From the NCBI GenBank assembly GCA_021203775.1, contig JAJQAO010000015.1, positions 1-62,754 of the forward strand: a stretch of DNA of 62,754 nt, given 5' to 3'. Both the position numbers and the translations under genes were made by a program. The DNA is from Phascolarctobacterium sp. GTDB taxonomy: Bacteria > Bacillota > Negativicutes > Acidaminococcales > Acidaminococcaceae. The notes below the pieces were generated by a model. It made no database searches, had not been told where the DNA came from, and was given only the letters and a program-made list of their open reading frames with translations. The stretch's first letter is position 1, and each line of letters starts with the position of its first letter. Shown here in pieces: positions 48,496 through 62,646 of this stretch.

Positions 48496-48963
48496 TCACC
48501 TGTTCCGTTCTTTTATGGCCCGTTCCATTTCCCGTCTGGCGTCTTTTTTTGCTAGTTCCTGCCTCTTGTCATATGTTTTTTTCCCCACTGCGAGTGCCAG
48601 TTCCATTTTCACAAGACCATGCTTGAAATAGAGTTTCAAAGGGACCAGCGTGTATCCTTTTTCCTTTACCTTCCCAATAAGTTTACGTATTTCCCCCTTG
48701 TGCAACAGCAGACGCCGGCTGCGCAAGGGATCGTGATTAAAGATATTGCCATGTTCATAAGGGCTTATATGAAAATTATAAACAAAAACCTCACCCGCAT
48801 TAGTGACCTGGGCATAACTATCCTTAAAATTAGCCTTACCTGCCCGCAATGACTTTACTTCCGTTCCCGTAAGTTCTATGCCCGTTTCATAGGTTTCAAG
48901 AATTGCAAAATCATGACGGGCTTTCCTGTTTTCTATTATAATTTTTATCTTTTGCTCAGCCAT
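48496..48963 (-). CDS. smpB: SsrA-binding protein
   Basis: 155-aa ORF with a typical SmpB sequence ([17 protein letters not shown]-terminal basic tail). Confidence 0.96.
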   Translation of the reverse strand: MAEQKIKIIIENRKARHDFAILETYETGIELTGTEVKSLRAGKANFKDSYAQVTNAGEVFVYNFHISPYEHGNIFNHDPLRSRRLLLHKGEIRKLIGKVKEKGYTLVPLKLYFKHGLVKMELALAVGKKTYDKRQELAKKDARREMERAIKERNR

Positions 48964-48974
48964 AACCGCTTTCC

Positions 48975-51326
48975 CTACTTACCATTCCTTCTATGACTCT
49001 TGCTGCCCTTAGTTTTACCATATCTGCTGCCGCGAGGCCCATACTTCTTATTCCCGGACTTTTTATTTCCGGCTTTCCTATCCGCTTTCTTTTTCTGTAC
49101 CTTACTGCCTGCACTACCGCTATTTATCCGTTTCTGCCCACGAACGGAAGCATGCCGCTGCCTGCTTAAAAGCTGCTGCCTAATATGCTCCCTTACGCCG
49201 TCATTTTCCCCTGCCATAATAAAATCAATACTTGTGTCGGAAATATTAACCTGCAGAACTTCTATGCGCACCTTATCCCCCAGACGGTACTGATTTCTGG
49301 TATGAGTGCCGATAAGCGCATAGTGTTCTTCGTAAAATTCGTAGTAATCGTCCATAAGACTGGAAATATGTACCAGTCCTTCCACTCCGTTATCCAATTC
49401 CACAAACATTCCAAAGGCTGTTACCCCTGAAATCACGCCGCTAAATTCTTCACCTATATGACCAGCCATATATTCGACTTTTTTAAGCTCTACCGTAGCC
49501 CTTTCGGCATCGGCAGCCACTCTTTCCTGCACGGAAGCATGCTCAGCTACAGCTGAGAGTTTTTCTTCCAGTTTATCCTCTTTATTACCAATCATGATAG
49601 GATTCTGTAGCCAAAGCCTCAAAAGTCTATGTACTATAAGATCAGGATATCTTCTAATAGGTGACGTGAAATGCGTATAATATTTGGCAGCCAGCCCAAA
49701 ATGTCCGATGTTTTCTGTCTGATAAACTGCCTGTCTCATGCACCTGAGTGCCACTGTGTTTACCATGCGTTCTTCAGGACGCCCGGCCATAGCCTTTATG
49801 GCATTCTGCACATCTATAGGACGAACATTCTCACTGCCCCTGAATTTAATATTGAAATTGGCTAATAATTTGCCAAAATCATTCATTTTATCTTCATCAG
49901 GTACATCATGGACTCTGTAAATAAAAGGCCATTTCTGCTCAGACATATGCGTAGCAACTGTTTCATTGGCTGCCAGCATGAATTCTTCAATAATGGATTC
50001 CGCATTGCCATGCACCCGTTGCACTATCTCTACAGGCTTCAAATTGTCATCTAAAATAACTTTCTGCTCCGGTAAGTCAAAATCAATGGCACCGCGTTTA
50101 CTGCGTTTAGTATGCAGTATTTCCCGCAGGTCATCCATTGTATATATCATTTGGAGAATATCAGAATACTTTGCCTTCTCAGCCCCGTCTTCCTCCAGGA
50201 GTCTCTGCACTATATTATAGCTTAACCTGTGCCGCACGTTAATGACTGCAGGGAAAAGCTCATAGCTTTTTATTTCTCCCCGCCTATTTATCTGCATTTC
50301 ACAGGCGATTACCAGCCTATCCTCGCCAGCATTAAGACTGCAAATACCATTAGACAATCTCTCCGGCAACATGGGCAGCACCCTGTCCACCAAATAAACA
50401 CTGGTACTGCGCTGTGCTGCTTCCCTATCAATCACACTGCCATCAGTGACATAATAGCTCACATCTGCAATATAGACACCAAGAAGAAACTCCCCTCTGC
50501 CAGTCTGCTCAACATAAACGGCATCATCAAGATCCTTAGCATCCTCACCGTCAACAGTGACTACAGAGCGATTACGCAGATCTCTGCGCCCGTGTAGTTC
50601 TCTTTTCTTTACGGAATCAGACACTTTTTTTGCTGCAGCAAGTACCTCTGGCGGAAACTCCAGCGACAAATCATTTTGTTTAATAATTGATAAAATTTCC
50701 AGTCCGACATCACCGGGATTACCCAAAATTTCATGCACACGCCCTTCAGCACTGCGCCCATCCTCAGGCCATTCTGTAATTTCCACGACTATTTTCTGAT
50801 TTTCCTTTGCTCCATTAAAATTCCTAGCGGCAATGTAAATATCCTGCCCAAGCCTCTTATCATCAGGCGTAACAAAAGCAAAATCCCTGCTACGATGGAA
50901 AACCCCTATTATTTTGTTATTTGCATGGTTAATGATGCGTATAACCTCTCCCTCCGGTTTTTTACCGTGAGCAGCATTATTAATACGTGCCATAACCCTG
51001 TCATTATTCATTGCACCGTTTACAGCACTTGGAGGTATAAAGACATCCGGCCTGTCACTTTTATTATCCGGAATAACAAAGCCAAATCCTTTGCTGGTAA
51101 ACTGGAACCGACCTGTTACCAGCCCCATTTTTTCCGGCAATCCATAGGTTTCAAACCTTGTTTTGACAATTTCACCATTTTGTTCCATCTCAAGTAATCC
51201 CTGCCACAGCTTTACGGGATTGCATTTTTTGTCAGTCAAGGATTCTATAAGATCTTCAGCCGTCATCGGCGCATAACTATTGCTGCGCATAAAGAGCAGG
51301 ATGTTTTCTCTAATATTTTTAGCCAT
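48975..51326 (-). CDS. rnr: ribonuclease R
   Basis: 783-aa ORF with cold-shock-like domains, an RNB catalytic domain ([13 protein letters not shown]), an S1 domain and a Lys-rich C-terminal tail. Confidence 0.95.
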   Translation of the reverse strand: MAKNIRENILLFMRSNSYAPMTAEDLIESLTDKKCNPVKLWQGLLEMEQNGEIVKTRFETYGLPEKMGLVTGRFQFTSKGFGFVIPDNKSDRPDVFIPPSAVNGAMNNDRVMARINNAAHGKKPEGEVIRIINHANNKIIGVFHRSRDFAFVTPDDKRLGQDIYIAARNFNGAKENQKIVVEITEWPEDGRSAEGRVHEILGNPGDVGLEILSIIKQNDLSLEFPPEVLAAAKKVSDSVKKRELHGRRDLRNRSVVTVDGEDAKDLDDAVYVEQTGRGEFLLGVYIADVSYYVTDGSVIDREAAQRSTSVYLVDRVLPMLPERLSNGICSLNAGEDRLVIACEMQINRRGEIKSYELFPAVINVRHRLSYNIVQRLLEEDGAEKAKYSDILQMIYTMDDLREILHTKRSKRGAIDFDLPEQKVILDDNLKPVEIVQRVHGNAESIIEEFMLAANETVATHMSEQKWPFIYRVHDVPDEDKMNDFGKLLANFNIKFRGSENVRPIDVQNAIKAMAGRPEERMVNTVALRCMRQAVYQTENIGHFGLAAKYYTHFTSPIRRYPDLIVHRLLRLWLQNPIMIGNKEDKLEEKLSAVAEHASVQERVAADAERATVELKKVEYMAGHIGEEFSGVISGVTAFGMFVELDNGVEGLVHISSLMDDYYEFYEEHYALIGTHTRNQYRLGDKVRIEVLQVNISDTSIDFIMAGENDGVREHIRQQLLSRQRHASVRGQKRINSGSAGSKVQKKKADRKAGNKKSGNKKYGPRGSRYGKTKGSKSHRRNGK

Positions 51327-51329
51327 TTT

Positions 51330-51740
51330 TTATTCCCCAATTATCAGTTTCGACAGAGATTCAGCTAGAACAGTACCGTCTTCCTTCATTACCTGCCCGC
51401 GCATTTCCACCATACGCCCCTTACGGTGTAACTCCTGCCCAAGGCAGATAACTTTCTCCCCTATAATGAGAGGCTGCCGATAACGTATCTCTATTTTTGC
51501 CGTATAAGCCGGCTTACCTTCTTTACGGAACAGATAGTTCCCAGTAACTTCATCCAAAAGTACCGCAACTAATCCGCCATGCATCCTTCCATTGTAACTT
51601 TGGTGCTCTGGTTGTGGTATAAAATACGACATGCATTTTTCATCATCCATAACAAATTTCATATGCAAGCCAATGGGATTATCCTTCCCACATGCAAAAC
51701 ACCAGGTATATCCATCGTCTTCAAATAATTTTTTTCCCAT
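51330..51740 (-). CDS. PaaI-family hotdog-fold thioesterase
   Basis: CFACGKDNPIGLHMKF N-terminal motif plus a hotdog core (HGGLVAVLLDE). ATG 51740 preferred over the track's TTG 51782. Confidence 0.75.
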   Translation of the reverse strand: MGKKLFEDDGYTWCFACGKDNPIGLHMKFVMDDEKCMSYFIPQPEHQSYNGRMHGGLVAVLLDEVTGNYLFRKEGKPAYTAKIEIRYRQPLIIGEKVICLGQELHRKGRMVEMRGQVMKEDGTVLAESLSKLIIGE

Positions 51741-51913
51741 TTTACCCCAAAACCTTTCCTGTCGGGCTTCTTCCGTCTCCAAACCTTCGTGCCACTTTCA
51801 AGGTGTCACAGAGATCTTATTCTTTCCATTCCTATTATAACATAAAGCAAATTCTCCATTTACTATGCAAAAAGCCCGCACTTCACAAAAAAGCACGGGC
51901 TGATAAAATGCGA

Positions 51914-53935
51914 TTATTTGAAGAGATTCAGCAGGATGCCGCCGTTGGCAGCCAGAACTGGAGCAAATACCAGGGCGACAATTGTCATTAATTTAATGAG
52001 GATATTCATTGACGGGCCTGACGTATCTTTAAAAGGATCTCCCACGGTATCGCCTGTTACAGCAGCTTTGTGTGCTTCGCTTCCTTTGCCGCCATGCACC
52101 CCGGATTCGATGTATTTTTTAGCGTTATCCCATGCACCACCGGCATTAGCCATTAAAATAGCCTCCAGCACGCCTGCAGCCAGAGCACCGCCTATCATAC
52201 CGCCAAGTGCTTCCGTACCGAAAAGGAACCCCATGGCAAGAGGCGCAACTATGGCCAACACGCCAGGCAGCATCATTTCATGCAATGCAGCGGCTGTCGA
52301 AATATCTACACATTTACGATAATCAGCAGTAGCTTTTCCTTCCAGCAGTCCAGGAATTTCACGGAACTGGCGGCGGACCTCTTCAATCATTTCATAAGCA
52401 GCCTTGCCGACAGATTCCATTGTCATGGCACCAAATACAAAAGGCAAGGTGGCACCGATAAAGAGGCCGATCAAAGTCACCGGATTAAGCAGGTCTATTG
52501 TCTTCAGTCCTACCGTATGCGCATAAGCAGAGAAGAGAGCCAGCGCTGTTAAAGCAGCGGACCCGATGGCAAAACCTTTGCCAATTGCGGCAGTAGTATT
52601 GCCGACGGAATCAAGCTTATCAGTAATCTCACGTACTTCAGGAGGCAGCTCAGACATTTCAGCTATACCGCCTGCATTATCGGCAATAGGCCCATAAGCA
52701 TCAACAGCAACAGTAAGACCCGTGGTTGAAAGCATTCCAACTGCAGCCAGGGAAATTCCAAAAAGCCCCATATCGGGCTTGGCAACGCCACCCATTATAA
52801 AGAAGGAAATGATTACGCCTATACATATGAACAGCATTGGCCAGAAAGTAGAATACATCCCTACAGCAAGGCCTGCAATAATTGTGGTAGCATGCCCAGT
52901 TTCAGACTGCTGGGCAATTCTTTTTACACTGCCATAATCAGCTGAAGTATAAATCTCGGTAACCTTACCAATTAACAACCCGACAATAAGTCCAGCAGCT
53001 ATGGCGAAAAATGCATCCAGTGAACCAAACAGATTATTGGACAGATATGCAGCAGCACAGATGACCAGCACGCCGCCTACATAGGTGCCGTTGTTTAACG
53101 CAGTCTGCGGATTCTGTGACTTGCTGGTGCGGGCAAACATAACCCCGATAATAGAAGCAATTATGCCGCAGGCTGCCAGCATGAAGACAAACTCGATGCC
53201 TTCCCCACCAGGATAAGCAACGATACCCAAGGTCAAAGCAGAGACAATAGCTCCGACATAGGACTCAAACAAGTCAGCTCCCATGCCTGCAACGTCACCT
53301 ACATTATCACCTACATTATCAGCTATGGTAGCCGGATTGCGAGGATCATCTTCAGGAATGCCTGCCTCAACTTTGCCCACCAGATCAGCTCCTACGTCGG
53401 CAGCTTTAGTATAAATACCGCCACCAACACGGGCAAACAAGGCTATGGAACTTGCCCCCAGTCCAAAACCGGTAACAATATCCATGTTACGGTCAAAAAT
53501 AAAATATGCCAGTGCGACGCCGGCAATACCAAGCCCGACTACACCAAGTCCCATTACTGCCCCACCAGAAAAAGCTATCTTCAAAGCTTCACTCATACCG
53601 GAGCGTGCGCCTTCGGCAGTACGGACATTAGCCTTGGTGGCAACAGTCATGCCGAGATAACCGGCGCAAATGGAAAACAGTGCACCGCAAATGAAACATA
53701 TTGCAGTAGAAACAGATAAGAAAACAGAAATAATAATTGCAACAATAATAATGAAGATAGCCAGATATTTATATTCCCTATAAAGGAACGCCATAGCACC
53801 TTCATGAATATATCCGGAAATCTCCCGCATGCGTTCGTTACCAGCACTAGCCTTCCCAATAGCGCTGCTCAGCATCATGGCTACAATCAATGCCAAAATA
53901 CCGATAATTACAGATATTAATAAATAGGTACTCAA
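51914..53935 (-). CDS. hppA: membrane-integral pyrophosphate-energized cation pump
   Basis: 673-aa ORF with about 16 TM helices and motifs [27 protein letters not shown] and [10 protein letters not shown] (Ala variant, the K+-dependent class). TTG start after GAAAGGGG. Confidence 0.95.
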   Translation of the reverse strand: MSTYLLISVIIGILALIVAMMLSSAIGKASAGNERMREISGYIHEGAMAFLYREYKYLAIFIIIVAIIISVFLSVSTAICFICGALFSICAGYLGMTVATKANVRTAEGARSGMSEALKIAFSGGAVMGLGVVGLGIAGVALAYFIFDRNMDIVTGFGLGASSIALFARVGGGIYTKAADVGADLVGKVEAGIPEDDPRNPATIADNVGDNVGDVAGMGADLFESYVGAIVSALTLGIVAYPGGEGIEFVFMLAACGIIASIIGVMFARTSKSQNPQTALNNGTYVGGVLVICAAAYLSNNLFGSLDAFFAIAAGLIVGLLIGKVTEIYTSADYGSVKRIAQQSETGHATTIIAGLAVGMYSTFWPMLFICIGVIISFFIMGGVAKPDMGLFGISLAAVGMLSTTGLTVAVDAYGPIADNAGGIAEMSELPPEVREITDKLDSVGNTTAAIGKGFAIGSAALTALALFSAYAHTVGLKTIDLLNPVTLIGLFIGATLPFVFGAMTMESVGKAAYEMIEEVRRQFREIPGLLEGKATADYRKCVDISTAAALHEMMLPGVLAIVAPLAMGFLFGTEALGGMIGGALAAGVLEAILMANAGGAWDNAKKYIESGVHGGKGSEAHKAAVTGDTVGDPFKDTSGPSMNILIKLMTIVALVFAPVLAANGGILLNLFK

Positions 53936-54002
53936 AACCTTTACCCCTTTCTCTCTTAGTTTTTAAAATTAAAGAATGTCACTACATTCTCTTTAACAAC
54001 AA

Positions 54003-54233
54003 TCATGCATTTATTTTAGCCAGGGCCAATGTAATAACCGCAAAGACGCCACCCAATAAAACAGTCGCTTTAGCCATTACGGTATCAAGATCGTTTCCTT
54101 TACCAAAAAAAGCTCCGTCACTGCCACCGAAAGTACTGCTCATTCCGCCGCCTTTTCCCGATTGTAGCAATACTGCGGCAATGAGTGCTATACAGACAAT
54201 AACATCAAGAACCGTTAAGATATTTCCCAGCAC
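54003..54233 (-). CDS. secG: preprotein translocase subunit SecG
   Basis: 76-aa product with two TM segments and the LLQSGKGGG motif. Start placed at GTG 54233, 9 nt after AAGGAGG; the SD itself lies inside the track's longer ORF. Confidence 0.85.
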   Translation of the reverse strand: MLGNILTVLDVIVCIALIAAVLLQSGKGGGMSSTFGGSDGAFFGKGNDLDTVMAKATVLLGGVFAVITLALAKINA

Positions 54234-54363
54234 AGAATCGTACCTCCTTAACAACTCACTGCATGATATTTTACCATAAATTGCGATAGCTTACAATGAA
54301 ATTTTAATAAATTTTCATGCTCCAGCAGATATTGCCTGCCATAATGGGATTAAGTAAAAGTCA

Positions 54364-54412
54364 AATCCTCCTAGAGCAGCGTTTCAATGCTATGTGCTGC
54401 TTCAGGAGGATT
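54364..54412 (-). terminator. probable terminator after eno
   Basis: Long imperfect hairpin AATCCTCCT..GCAGC-N15-GCTGC..AGGAGGATT with a weak T-rich tail. Confidence 0.45.
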
Positions 54413-54450
54413 ATATCATCTGATATTAATTAGCTAAGTCCTATAAGTTA

Positions 54451-55755
<1,305 letters not shown>

Positions 55756-57282
55756 TTATTTATCTATCAGACTGCTCCCCGTCATAAGAGACGGTTTCGC
55801 AATATGCAAAAGATCAAGTATGGTAGGCGCTATATCCGCTAAAATACCCTCACCCCGCAGGCACCGTTTCTCCCTGCTTACAATAACGAATGGCACCCTA
55901 TTAGTCGTATGGGCAGTATGCGGCTGGCCAGTAGTCTCATCAATCATTTTTTCCAGATTCCCATGATCTGCAGTAATACACACACTGCCATTAAGCCCCG
56001 AAACCCTTTCCACGATTTTTCCCGCGCAGAAATCCACGGTTTCCATAGCTTTTACGGCTGCACCCATAACACCTGTATGTCCGACCATATCAGGATTGGC
56101 AAAATTCAAAATAATTACATCAAATTTATCCTTATCTAGTTCCGCTAATAATGCTTCAGTCACAGCATAAGCGCTCATTTCCGGCTGGAGATCATAAGTA
56201 GCCACCTTCGGGGACGGTATAAGTATTCTTTCCTCTCCCGCAAACGGGGCCTCCACTCCTCCATTAAAGAAAAAGGTTACATGGGCATATTTTTCCGTCT
56301 CAGCGATCCGCAACTGGCACAGCCCGTTGTTAGCTAGTACCTGCCCCAAAATATCTTCATAGCTTTCCGGTGGAAAAGCCACAGGAGCAGTAATAGTCAC
56401 ATCATACTGGGTCATGCAGACAAAATTGATCGGTAATGCCGTATTTGGCCTTTCAAACTCGGTAAAATCAGTATCATTTAAAGCCCTGGTTATTTGCCGT
56501 GCACGATCGGGCCGGAAATTAAAAAATATCACGCCATCGCCGCCGGTAATTTGCCCACATGTCCCTTTTATTACAAAGGGAGCCACGAACTCATCCGTAA
56601 CGCCATCAGCATAAGAACTCTCCACGCCGCTAACGGCATTTGCAGCACTTTTACCTTTTCCCCGTACCATGGCATCGTAAGCTTTCTCAATGCGCTCCCA
56701 ACGCTTATCGCGATCCATGGCATAGTAACGCCCGCTTACAGTTGCAATACTGCCAATGCCTATTTCCTTCATGGCATTCTCAAGCCGGATAAAATAGTCA
56801 ACTGCCGTTTTAGGCCCCACATCGCGTCCGTCAAGGAAAGCATGCACAAAAACTTTTTCCAGCCCCTGGTGCTTAGCCATACGAAGCAGTGCGATCAAAT
56901 GGTCAATATGGCTGTGCACTCCTCCGTCAGACAATAAACCAAGAAGATGCAGGTTTTTTTTTGCCGACTTTGTTTTTTCCATAACATCCAGCAATACGGG
57001 ATTTTTAAAAAAACTGCTATTTTTGATCGCTTCGGTAATGCGGGTCAGTTCCTGGTAAATAATGCGTCCAGAGCCGATATTTAGATGCCCTACTTCAGAA
57101 TTTCCCATTTGCCCGTCAGGAAGTCCTACCGCTCCGCCACTGGCGTTCAATTCCACATGGGGATATTCTGCAAAAAATCTATCCAGATTAGGCGTATCGG
57201 CTACAAAAGCAGCATTATCAGTGCTTGACTTTCCTATACCCCAGCCATCCAGAATCATTAGTAAAACTGGCTCTTTAGACAT
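55756..57282 (-). CDS. gpmI: 2,3-bisphosphoglycerate-independent phosphoglycerate mutase
   Basis: 508-aa iPGM with LMILDGWG, NSEVGHLN(I)GSGR and ADHGN motifs. Confidence 0.96.
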   Translation of the reverse strand: MSKEPVLLMILDGWGIGKSSTDNAAFVADTPNLDRFFAEYPHVELNASGGAVGLPDGQMGNSEVGHLNIGSGRIIYQELTRITEAIKNSSFFKNPVLLDVMEKTKSAKKNLHLLGLLSDGGVHSHIDHLIALLRMAKHQGLEKVFVHAFLDGRDVGPKTAVDYFIRLENAMKEIGIGSIATVSGRYYAMDRDKRWERIEKAYDAMVRGKGKSAANAVSGVESSYADGVTDEFVAPFVIKGTCGQITGGDGVIFFNFRPDRARQITRALNDTDFTEFERPNTALPINFVCMTQYDVTITAPVAFPPESYEDILGQVLANNGLCQLRIAETEKYAHVTFFFNGGVEAPFAGEERILIPSPKVATYDLQPEMSAYAVTEALLAELDKDKFDVIILNFANPDMVGHTGVMGAAVKAMETVDFCAGKIVERVSGLNGSVCITADHGNLEKMIDETTGQPHTAHTTNRVPFVIVSREKRCLRGEGILADIAPTILDLLHIAKPSLMTGSSLIDK

Positions 57283-57294
57283 CTTTCACCTTCA

Positions 57295-59226
57295 CTAAAA
57301 ACTGCGCGCAATGGCAGAAAAACTTTCGGCCTTGAGACTTGCTCCGCCCACCAAAAGTCCGTCAATGCCGTCAACATTAAATTCAGCGGCATTTTTCTCA
57401 TTGACGCTGCCGCCATATAAAATACGCACTTTTCTGGCAATATCTTCTGAGAATAATTTTGCCACCTTATTGCGTATCAAGCAGCAAACTTCCTGAGCAG
57501 CATCCGCTGTAGCCGCATTGCCGCTGCCTATAGCCCATATAGGCTCATATGCTATAATCAGATTTTCTGCTTCTTCAGCAGAAACAACCTTCAGCGCGCT
57601 TTTGAGCTGCATGCTGATTTTCCTGTTAGTCCTGCCGTTTTTCCGTTCTTCCATATTTTCTCCCACGCATAAAATCGGTTTCAGCCTATTGCGATAAGCT
57701 GCATCCATTTTACGTGCTACATTAACTTCATTATCACCAAAGAAAGCACGTCTCTCACTGTGGCCGACAAGCACATATTCTGCACAAATACTGGCAATCA
57801 TAGCCCCTGAAACGGCACCTGTATACGCCCCGCTATCTTCCCAATGCAAATCCTGAGCACCGCAACTTACATGACTGCCATCAACAGCATCGGCAACGCT
57901 CTCTAAAGCAGTATAAGGCGGAAAGACAACTATTTCACTCGAAACGCCATTTGTCTCCCTTACTATATCCTCAGCCAGTTCCACTGCCTCATCAACTGTT
58001 TTATGCATTTTCCAGTTGCCGGCAATCATTTTCTGGCGCAGATCATCAAGAGCAGCTATTCCGGGCAGCGTTCTTCCTTCCAGATATTCTAGGGAAGCTC
58101 CCCCTCCAGTAGAAAGGTGGCTTATTTTATTAGCCAGCTTCAGCTTTTCTATGGCCGCAACTGAATCCCCGCCGCCTACAATGCTTATGGCCTTGCTTCT
58201 GGCAACTGCCCTAGCCAGATATTCTGTTCCCCTGCAAAAAGCCTCCATTTCAAAAACGCCCATCGGGCCATTCCAAACAATCATTTTTGCATCCTGCAAT
58301 GCTTTGGCATAAGCTTTGCAGGTTGCCTCTCCAATATCTAAAGCCATACAGGCTTGGTTTAAATTATTAACATTTTCCGTCCTGTACTTGGCATTTTCGT
58401 CAAAAGAATCCGCCATTACCAGATCCTTGGGCAAAAGAATGGTAACTTTCTGCTTTTTCGCTTTAGCAAGTATTTCCCTGGCTAAAACAAATTTATCTTC
58501 TTCAACCAGAGATTTTCCCATTTTATAGCCCTGGGCGGCCAAAAACGTATTGGCCATGCCTCCTCCTATAAGCAATGTATCTACTTTGTTGAGCATATTT
58601 TCGATGACTCCGATTTTATCTGACACCTTTGCCCCGCCAATAATGGCTACGAAAGGATGCAGCGGATCGGTAACCGCCCTGCCTATAAAGTTAATCTCTT
58701 TTTCAAGCAAAAAACCGGCCGCTGACGGCAGAAAATGGGTTACCCCTTCTACCGACGCATGTGCTCTATGGGAAACGCCGAACCCGTCATTGACATAGAC
58801 ATCTGCAAGAGAGCCAAGATCTTCTGCAAATTTCATATCATTTTTCTCTTCTTCCTTGTGGAAACGCAAATTTTCCAGAAGTAATACATGTCCTGGTTTA
58901 AGAGCCTTGGCTGCCATCTGGACATCTTTTCCTATACAATCGTCTGCAAAATTTATTTTTTTGCCTAACAGCTTGCCCAAACGTCTGCACACTGGCTTTA
59001 AGGAATATTTAGGATTTACCTCTCCTTTCGGACGTCCAAGATGCGCCATTAAAATAACAGCAGCCTTGTGTTCAAGCAAATATTTAATAGTATCCAGGGA
59101 CGCACGTATCCTTGTATCATCGGTTATATTGCCCTTATCATCAATAGGCACGTTAAAATCAACTCGCACCAAAACTCTTTTTCCGCTGACGTCCAGATCT
59201 CGAACAGTCTTCTTATCCACAAACAA
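57295..59226 (-). CDS. pgk/tpiA: bifunctional phosphoglycerate kinase / triosephosphate isomerase (fused ORF)
   Basis: 643-aa uninterrupted ORF. Residues 1 to about 395 are PGK ([30 protein letters not shown]). Residues 400-643 are TIM ([28 protein letters not shown]). Junction near 58027-58044. The start may be GTG 59220 rather than TTG 59226. Confidence 0.93.
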   Translation of the reverse strand: MFVDKKTVRDLDVSGKRVLVRVDFNVPIDDKGNITDDTRIRASLDTIKYLLEHKAAVILMAHLGRPKGEVNPKYSLKPVCRRLGKLLGKKINFADDCIGKDVQMAAKALKPGHVLLLENLRFHKEEEKNDMKFAEDLGSLADVYVNDGFGVSHRAHASVEGVTHFLPSAAGFLLEKEINFIGRAVTDPLHPFVAIIGGAKVSDKIGVIENMLNKVDTLLIGGGMANTFLAAQGYKMGKSLVEEDKFVLAREILAKAKKQKVTILLPKDLVMADSFDENAKYRTENVNNLNQACMALDIGEATCKAYAKALQDAKMIVWNGPMGVFEMEAFCRGTEYLARAVARSKAISIVGGGDSVAAIEKLKLANKISHLSTGGGASLEYLEGRTLPGIAALDDLRQKMIAGNWKMHKTVDEAVELAEDIVRETNGVSSEIVVFPPYTALESVADAVDGSHVSCGAQDLHWEDSGAYTGAVSGAMIASICAEYVLVGHSERRAFFGDNEVNVARKMDAAYRNRLKPILCVGENMEERKNGRTNRKISMQLKSALKVVSAEEAENLIIAYEPIWAIGSGNAATADAAQEVCCLIRNKVAKLFSEDIARKVRILYGGSVNEKNAAEFNVDGIDGLLVGGASLKAESFSAIARSF

Positions 59227-59245
59227 TTACCCCTTTATATATAGT

Positions 59246-60265
<1,020 letters not shown>

Positions 60266-60294
60266 TTATTTATAAATATGCACAATCGTGCTTT

Positions 60295-61332
60295 TTAACT
60301 ATTGGCAGACATAATCCTTGCTATCTCATGGGCAGCAGCCTCATCAGTAACTAAAATATCCTGACGGGAAACACGGATAACAGACAAAATAGCCGCAGCC
60401 TTAGACCTTCCTCCGGCAATACCTATAATAGTACCTATATTTTGCAAGTCCTGAGCCATCAGCCCCGCATTATTGCTCATATAGACCTGTTTACCGTCTA
60501 ATGCACAATATTGCCCAAAAGCTTCTCCTACCGCCCCATCATTTTCCAGCTTCTGAATAAGTTCCGGATCCAGGCGCCTGTGCTTAGCTAGGACCCCTGC
60601 ACGGCCCACTCCATGTACCAAAATATCCGCGCTTTTAATAATATTAACAACCGAGCGCACACCAATATTTTCTTTCAAAATACTGTTCAAAATATCTTCG
60701 CTGACATTGTCCGGCACATAGAGTTGCCGATAAGAAGCCCCTATATTTTGTGCTAATACCGTAGCTATTGTATTAGCCTGTAATTTAACATTGTCACCAA
60801 GCCCGCCACGGGCCGGCACTATAACGGTATCAGGATGATTTCCTGTAATATTGGCTGCCATAGCTGCCATAGTTGTACCTCCGCTTACGGCGACAACATG
60901 TTTCTTACCATCAGAAATCAGTTTGCTCAAAATACCTGCTGCAGCACGCCCAATCTCCCGTTTGACAATTTCCGCCTGATCAGAATCTCCGGGAATGATA
61001 ACCACATGTCTGATTCCCAAAGCTTCTTCCAGAAATTTCTCAAAAGAGGAAATATTCTGCAATTTGCGCACATAATTATCAAGTTCTTTCAGAATGTGTA
61101 GCCCTTCGTCCGTAACACACATTCCGCTTGCATCAACCTTCAATAACCCACATTTTTTTAAAAAATCAACCTGACCTCGTAAAACCCTTTCAGTTAGACC
61201 TATTTTAGCTGCTAAAGCTCTGCGTCCAATAGGATATTCATGGCTTATATGACATAAAATACGGTAACGCTGCAAAAGGAGGTCCGTCATTTCAGGAATT
61301 ATTTTTTTTTGTAAATTAATGATATTGTTCAT
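60295..61332 (-). CDS. cggR: SorC/CggR-family central glycolytic genes regulator
   Basis: 345-aa ORF with an N-terminal HTH and a sugar-phosphate-binding SorC domain. First gene of the gap operon, as in Bacillus. Confidence 0.88.
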   Translation of the reverse strand: MNNIINLQKKIIPEMTDLLLQRYRILCHISHEYPIGRRALAAKIGLTERVLRGQVDFLKKCGLLKVDASGMCVTDEGLHILKELDNYVRKLQNISSFEKFLEEALGIRHVVIIPGDSDQAEIVKREIGRAAAGILSKLISDGKKHVVAVSGGTTMAAMAANITGNHPDTVIVPARGGLGDNVKLQANTIATVLAQNIGASYRQLYVPDNVSEDILNSILKENIGVRSVVNIIKSADILVHGVGRAGVLAKHRRLDPELIQKLENDGAVGEAFGQYCALDGKQVYMSNNAGLMAQDLQNIGTIIGIAGGRSKAAAILSVIRVSRQDILVTDEAAAHEIARIMSANS

Positions 61333-61395
61333 CCTAAAACCTTAAGATATAATTAATGCCTAATGCTCAAATATTATCCATTTTTAATTTAAAAT

Positions 61396-61437
61396 AAAAT
61401 AGACTATATAGGCCATATGGCCTATATAGTCTATTTT
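61396..61437. terminator. 42-nt perfect palindrome; terminator after queF
   Basis: AAAATAGACTATATAGGCCAT|ATGGCCTATATAGTCTATTTT, followed on the minus strand by ATTTTAAATT. Confidence 0.7.
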
Positions 61438-61495
61438 AGCATAATATATTTGAGAAATAAAGCATCCTTAATCCGCCAAATATCACTCGAAGATT

Positions 61496-61993
61496 TTATC
61501 TGTTATCAACAGTCTCGGGGTTTAAATCATGCCACTGCAGCCTTTTCTTTGCTACAATTTCCCATTCCGTTCCAGGTTTTCCGTAATTAACATAGGGGTC
61601 AATAGAAATTCCCCCTCTTGGCAGAAATTTTCCTAGGACCTCAATATATTTCGGCTTAATCAAATTAAGTAGGTCCTTCATGATGATATTTGCGCAATCT
61701 TCATGAAAATCTCCGTGATTACGAAAGCTTGCCAAATACAATTTCAAGGATTTGCTTTCTACCAATTTTTTGTCCGGTACATAAGAAATATATATGGTTG
61801 CAAAATCCGGCTGCCCCGTAATAGGACATAAACTGGTGAATTCTGGGCAATTAAATTTAACGAAATAATCATTGTTCGGATGTTTATTGGCAAAAGCTTC
61901 CAAAATTCGCGGGTTGTAATCTTGGGGGTAGCCAACTTTATTTCCCAGAGCTCGCACTCCTTCTAATTCCTTTTTATTTCTTCTCGTTTTCAT
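61496..61993 (-). CDS. queF: NADPH-dependent 7-cyano-7-deazaguanine (preQ0) reductase
   Basis: Type I QueF with catalytic Cys context [14 protein letters not shown] and the QueF motif [13 protein letters not shown] 61993 avoids overlap with queT; the track ORF extends to 62041. Confidence 0.9.
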   Translation of the reverse strand: MKTRRNKKELEGVRALGNKVGYPQDYNPRILEAFANKHPNNDYFVKFNCPEFTSLCPITGQPDFATIYISYVPDKKLVESKSLKLYLASFRNHGDFHEDCANIIMKDLLNLIKPKYIEVLGKFLPRGGISIDPYVNYGKPGTEWEIVAKKRLQWHDLNPETVDNR

Positions 61994-61997
61994 GATT

Positions 61998-62495
61998 TTA
62001 TTCCCTTTCTGCATGAATTTTAAAAACCGAGCTATGCTCAAGCATGTTCACTAAAAACATGCCGGCTGCACCACTTACTGCCTGCCCTATAATAAGTGTT
62101 GATACTAATGCCAAATACGGCAAGTCAAGGAGTAGTGATAGCCATACAGGAACTAGTAATCCTGGTATCAGCATCACTGCAAAAAAAATACACCAATTGC
62201 CGCATCCGCGCATTTTTGCAAAAACAATAGCACCTGTTGTCAAAAGTCCTACAATGCCACCGCCTATTATATCCAAAGGCCCTAAACCGCCCATGACAAT
62301 ATTGCTGAGCATATTAGCCAGGGCTAGAGGAATAACTAAAAAAGGGAATATTGCGCTAAGCCCATATAAAGCAGTAGCGATACGTATTTGATACTGCCCA
62401 AAGGCAAAACTTTGCGTAAATAGCATAACAACGATATATAAAGCCATAAATAATGCTGACAGGGTAAGCTTGGATACCCCGGTAAAACTTTTCAT
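61998..62495 (-). CDS. queT: queuosine-precursor transporter QueT-like membrane protein
   Basis: 165-aa ORF with 5-6 TM helices. Sits between a preQ1 riboswitch and queF. Confidence 0.72.
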   Translation of the reverse strand: MKSFTGVSKLTLSALFMALYIVVMLFTQSFAFGQYQIRIATALYGLSAIFPFLVIPLALANMLSNIVMGGLGPLDIIGGGIVGLLTTGAIVFAKMRGCGNWCIFFAVMLIPGLLVPVWLSLLLDLPYLALVSTLIIGQAVSGAAGMFLVNMLEHSSVFKIHAERE

Positions 62496-62521
62496 TAGTA
62501 TTGCTCCTAATAAAATTCTAA

Positions 62522-62553
62522 AACAAAAAAATTCGTCTGCTACTACAGACGAA
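62522..62553 (-). terminator. riboswitch expression-platform terminator in the queT leader
   Basis: Minus strand: ATTCGTCTG-tagtag-CAGACGAAT followed by T7. Confidence 0.7.
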
Positions 62554-62588
62554 TCTATAATTACAAAACTGATTTAAATCAGTAGCGC

Positions 62589-62628
62589 CCGTAGTTTTCT
62601 TTAGAGACAGGATGGTCTCGAACTGTCT
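62589..62628 (-). promoter_or_regulatory. preQ1-I riboswitch aptamer
   Basis: Minus strand: AGACAG-UUCGAGACCAUC-CUGUCU-CUAAAGAAAACUACGG. This is a 6-bp P1, a loop starting UUC, and an A-rich tail ending ACUA. It is closely parallel to the B. subtilis queC aptamer AGAGGUUCUAGCUACACCCUCUAUAAAAAACUAAGG. Confidence 0.7.
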
Positions 62629-62646
62629 ATTATCAAATTCAAGGTT

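Noticed and set aside
48228-48626. Track ORFs 48228..48479 (-) and 48360..48626 (+).
   Set aside because: They lie inside or across the tmRNA gene and the smpB 3' end. They have no SD sequence and low-complexity composition. The tmRNA explains this DNA.
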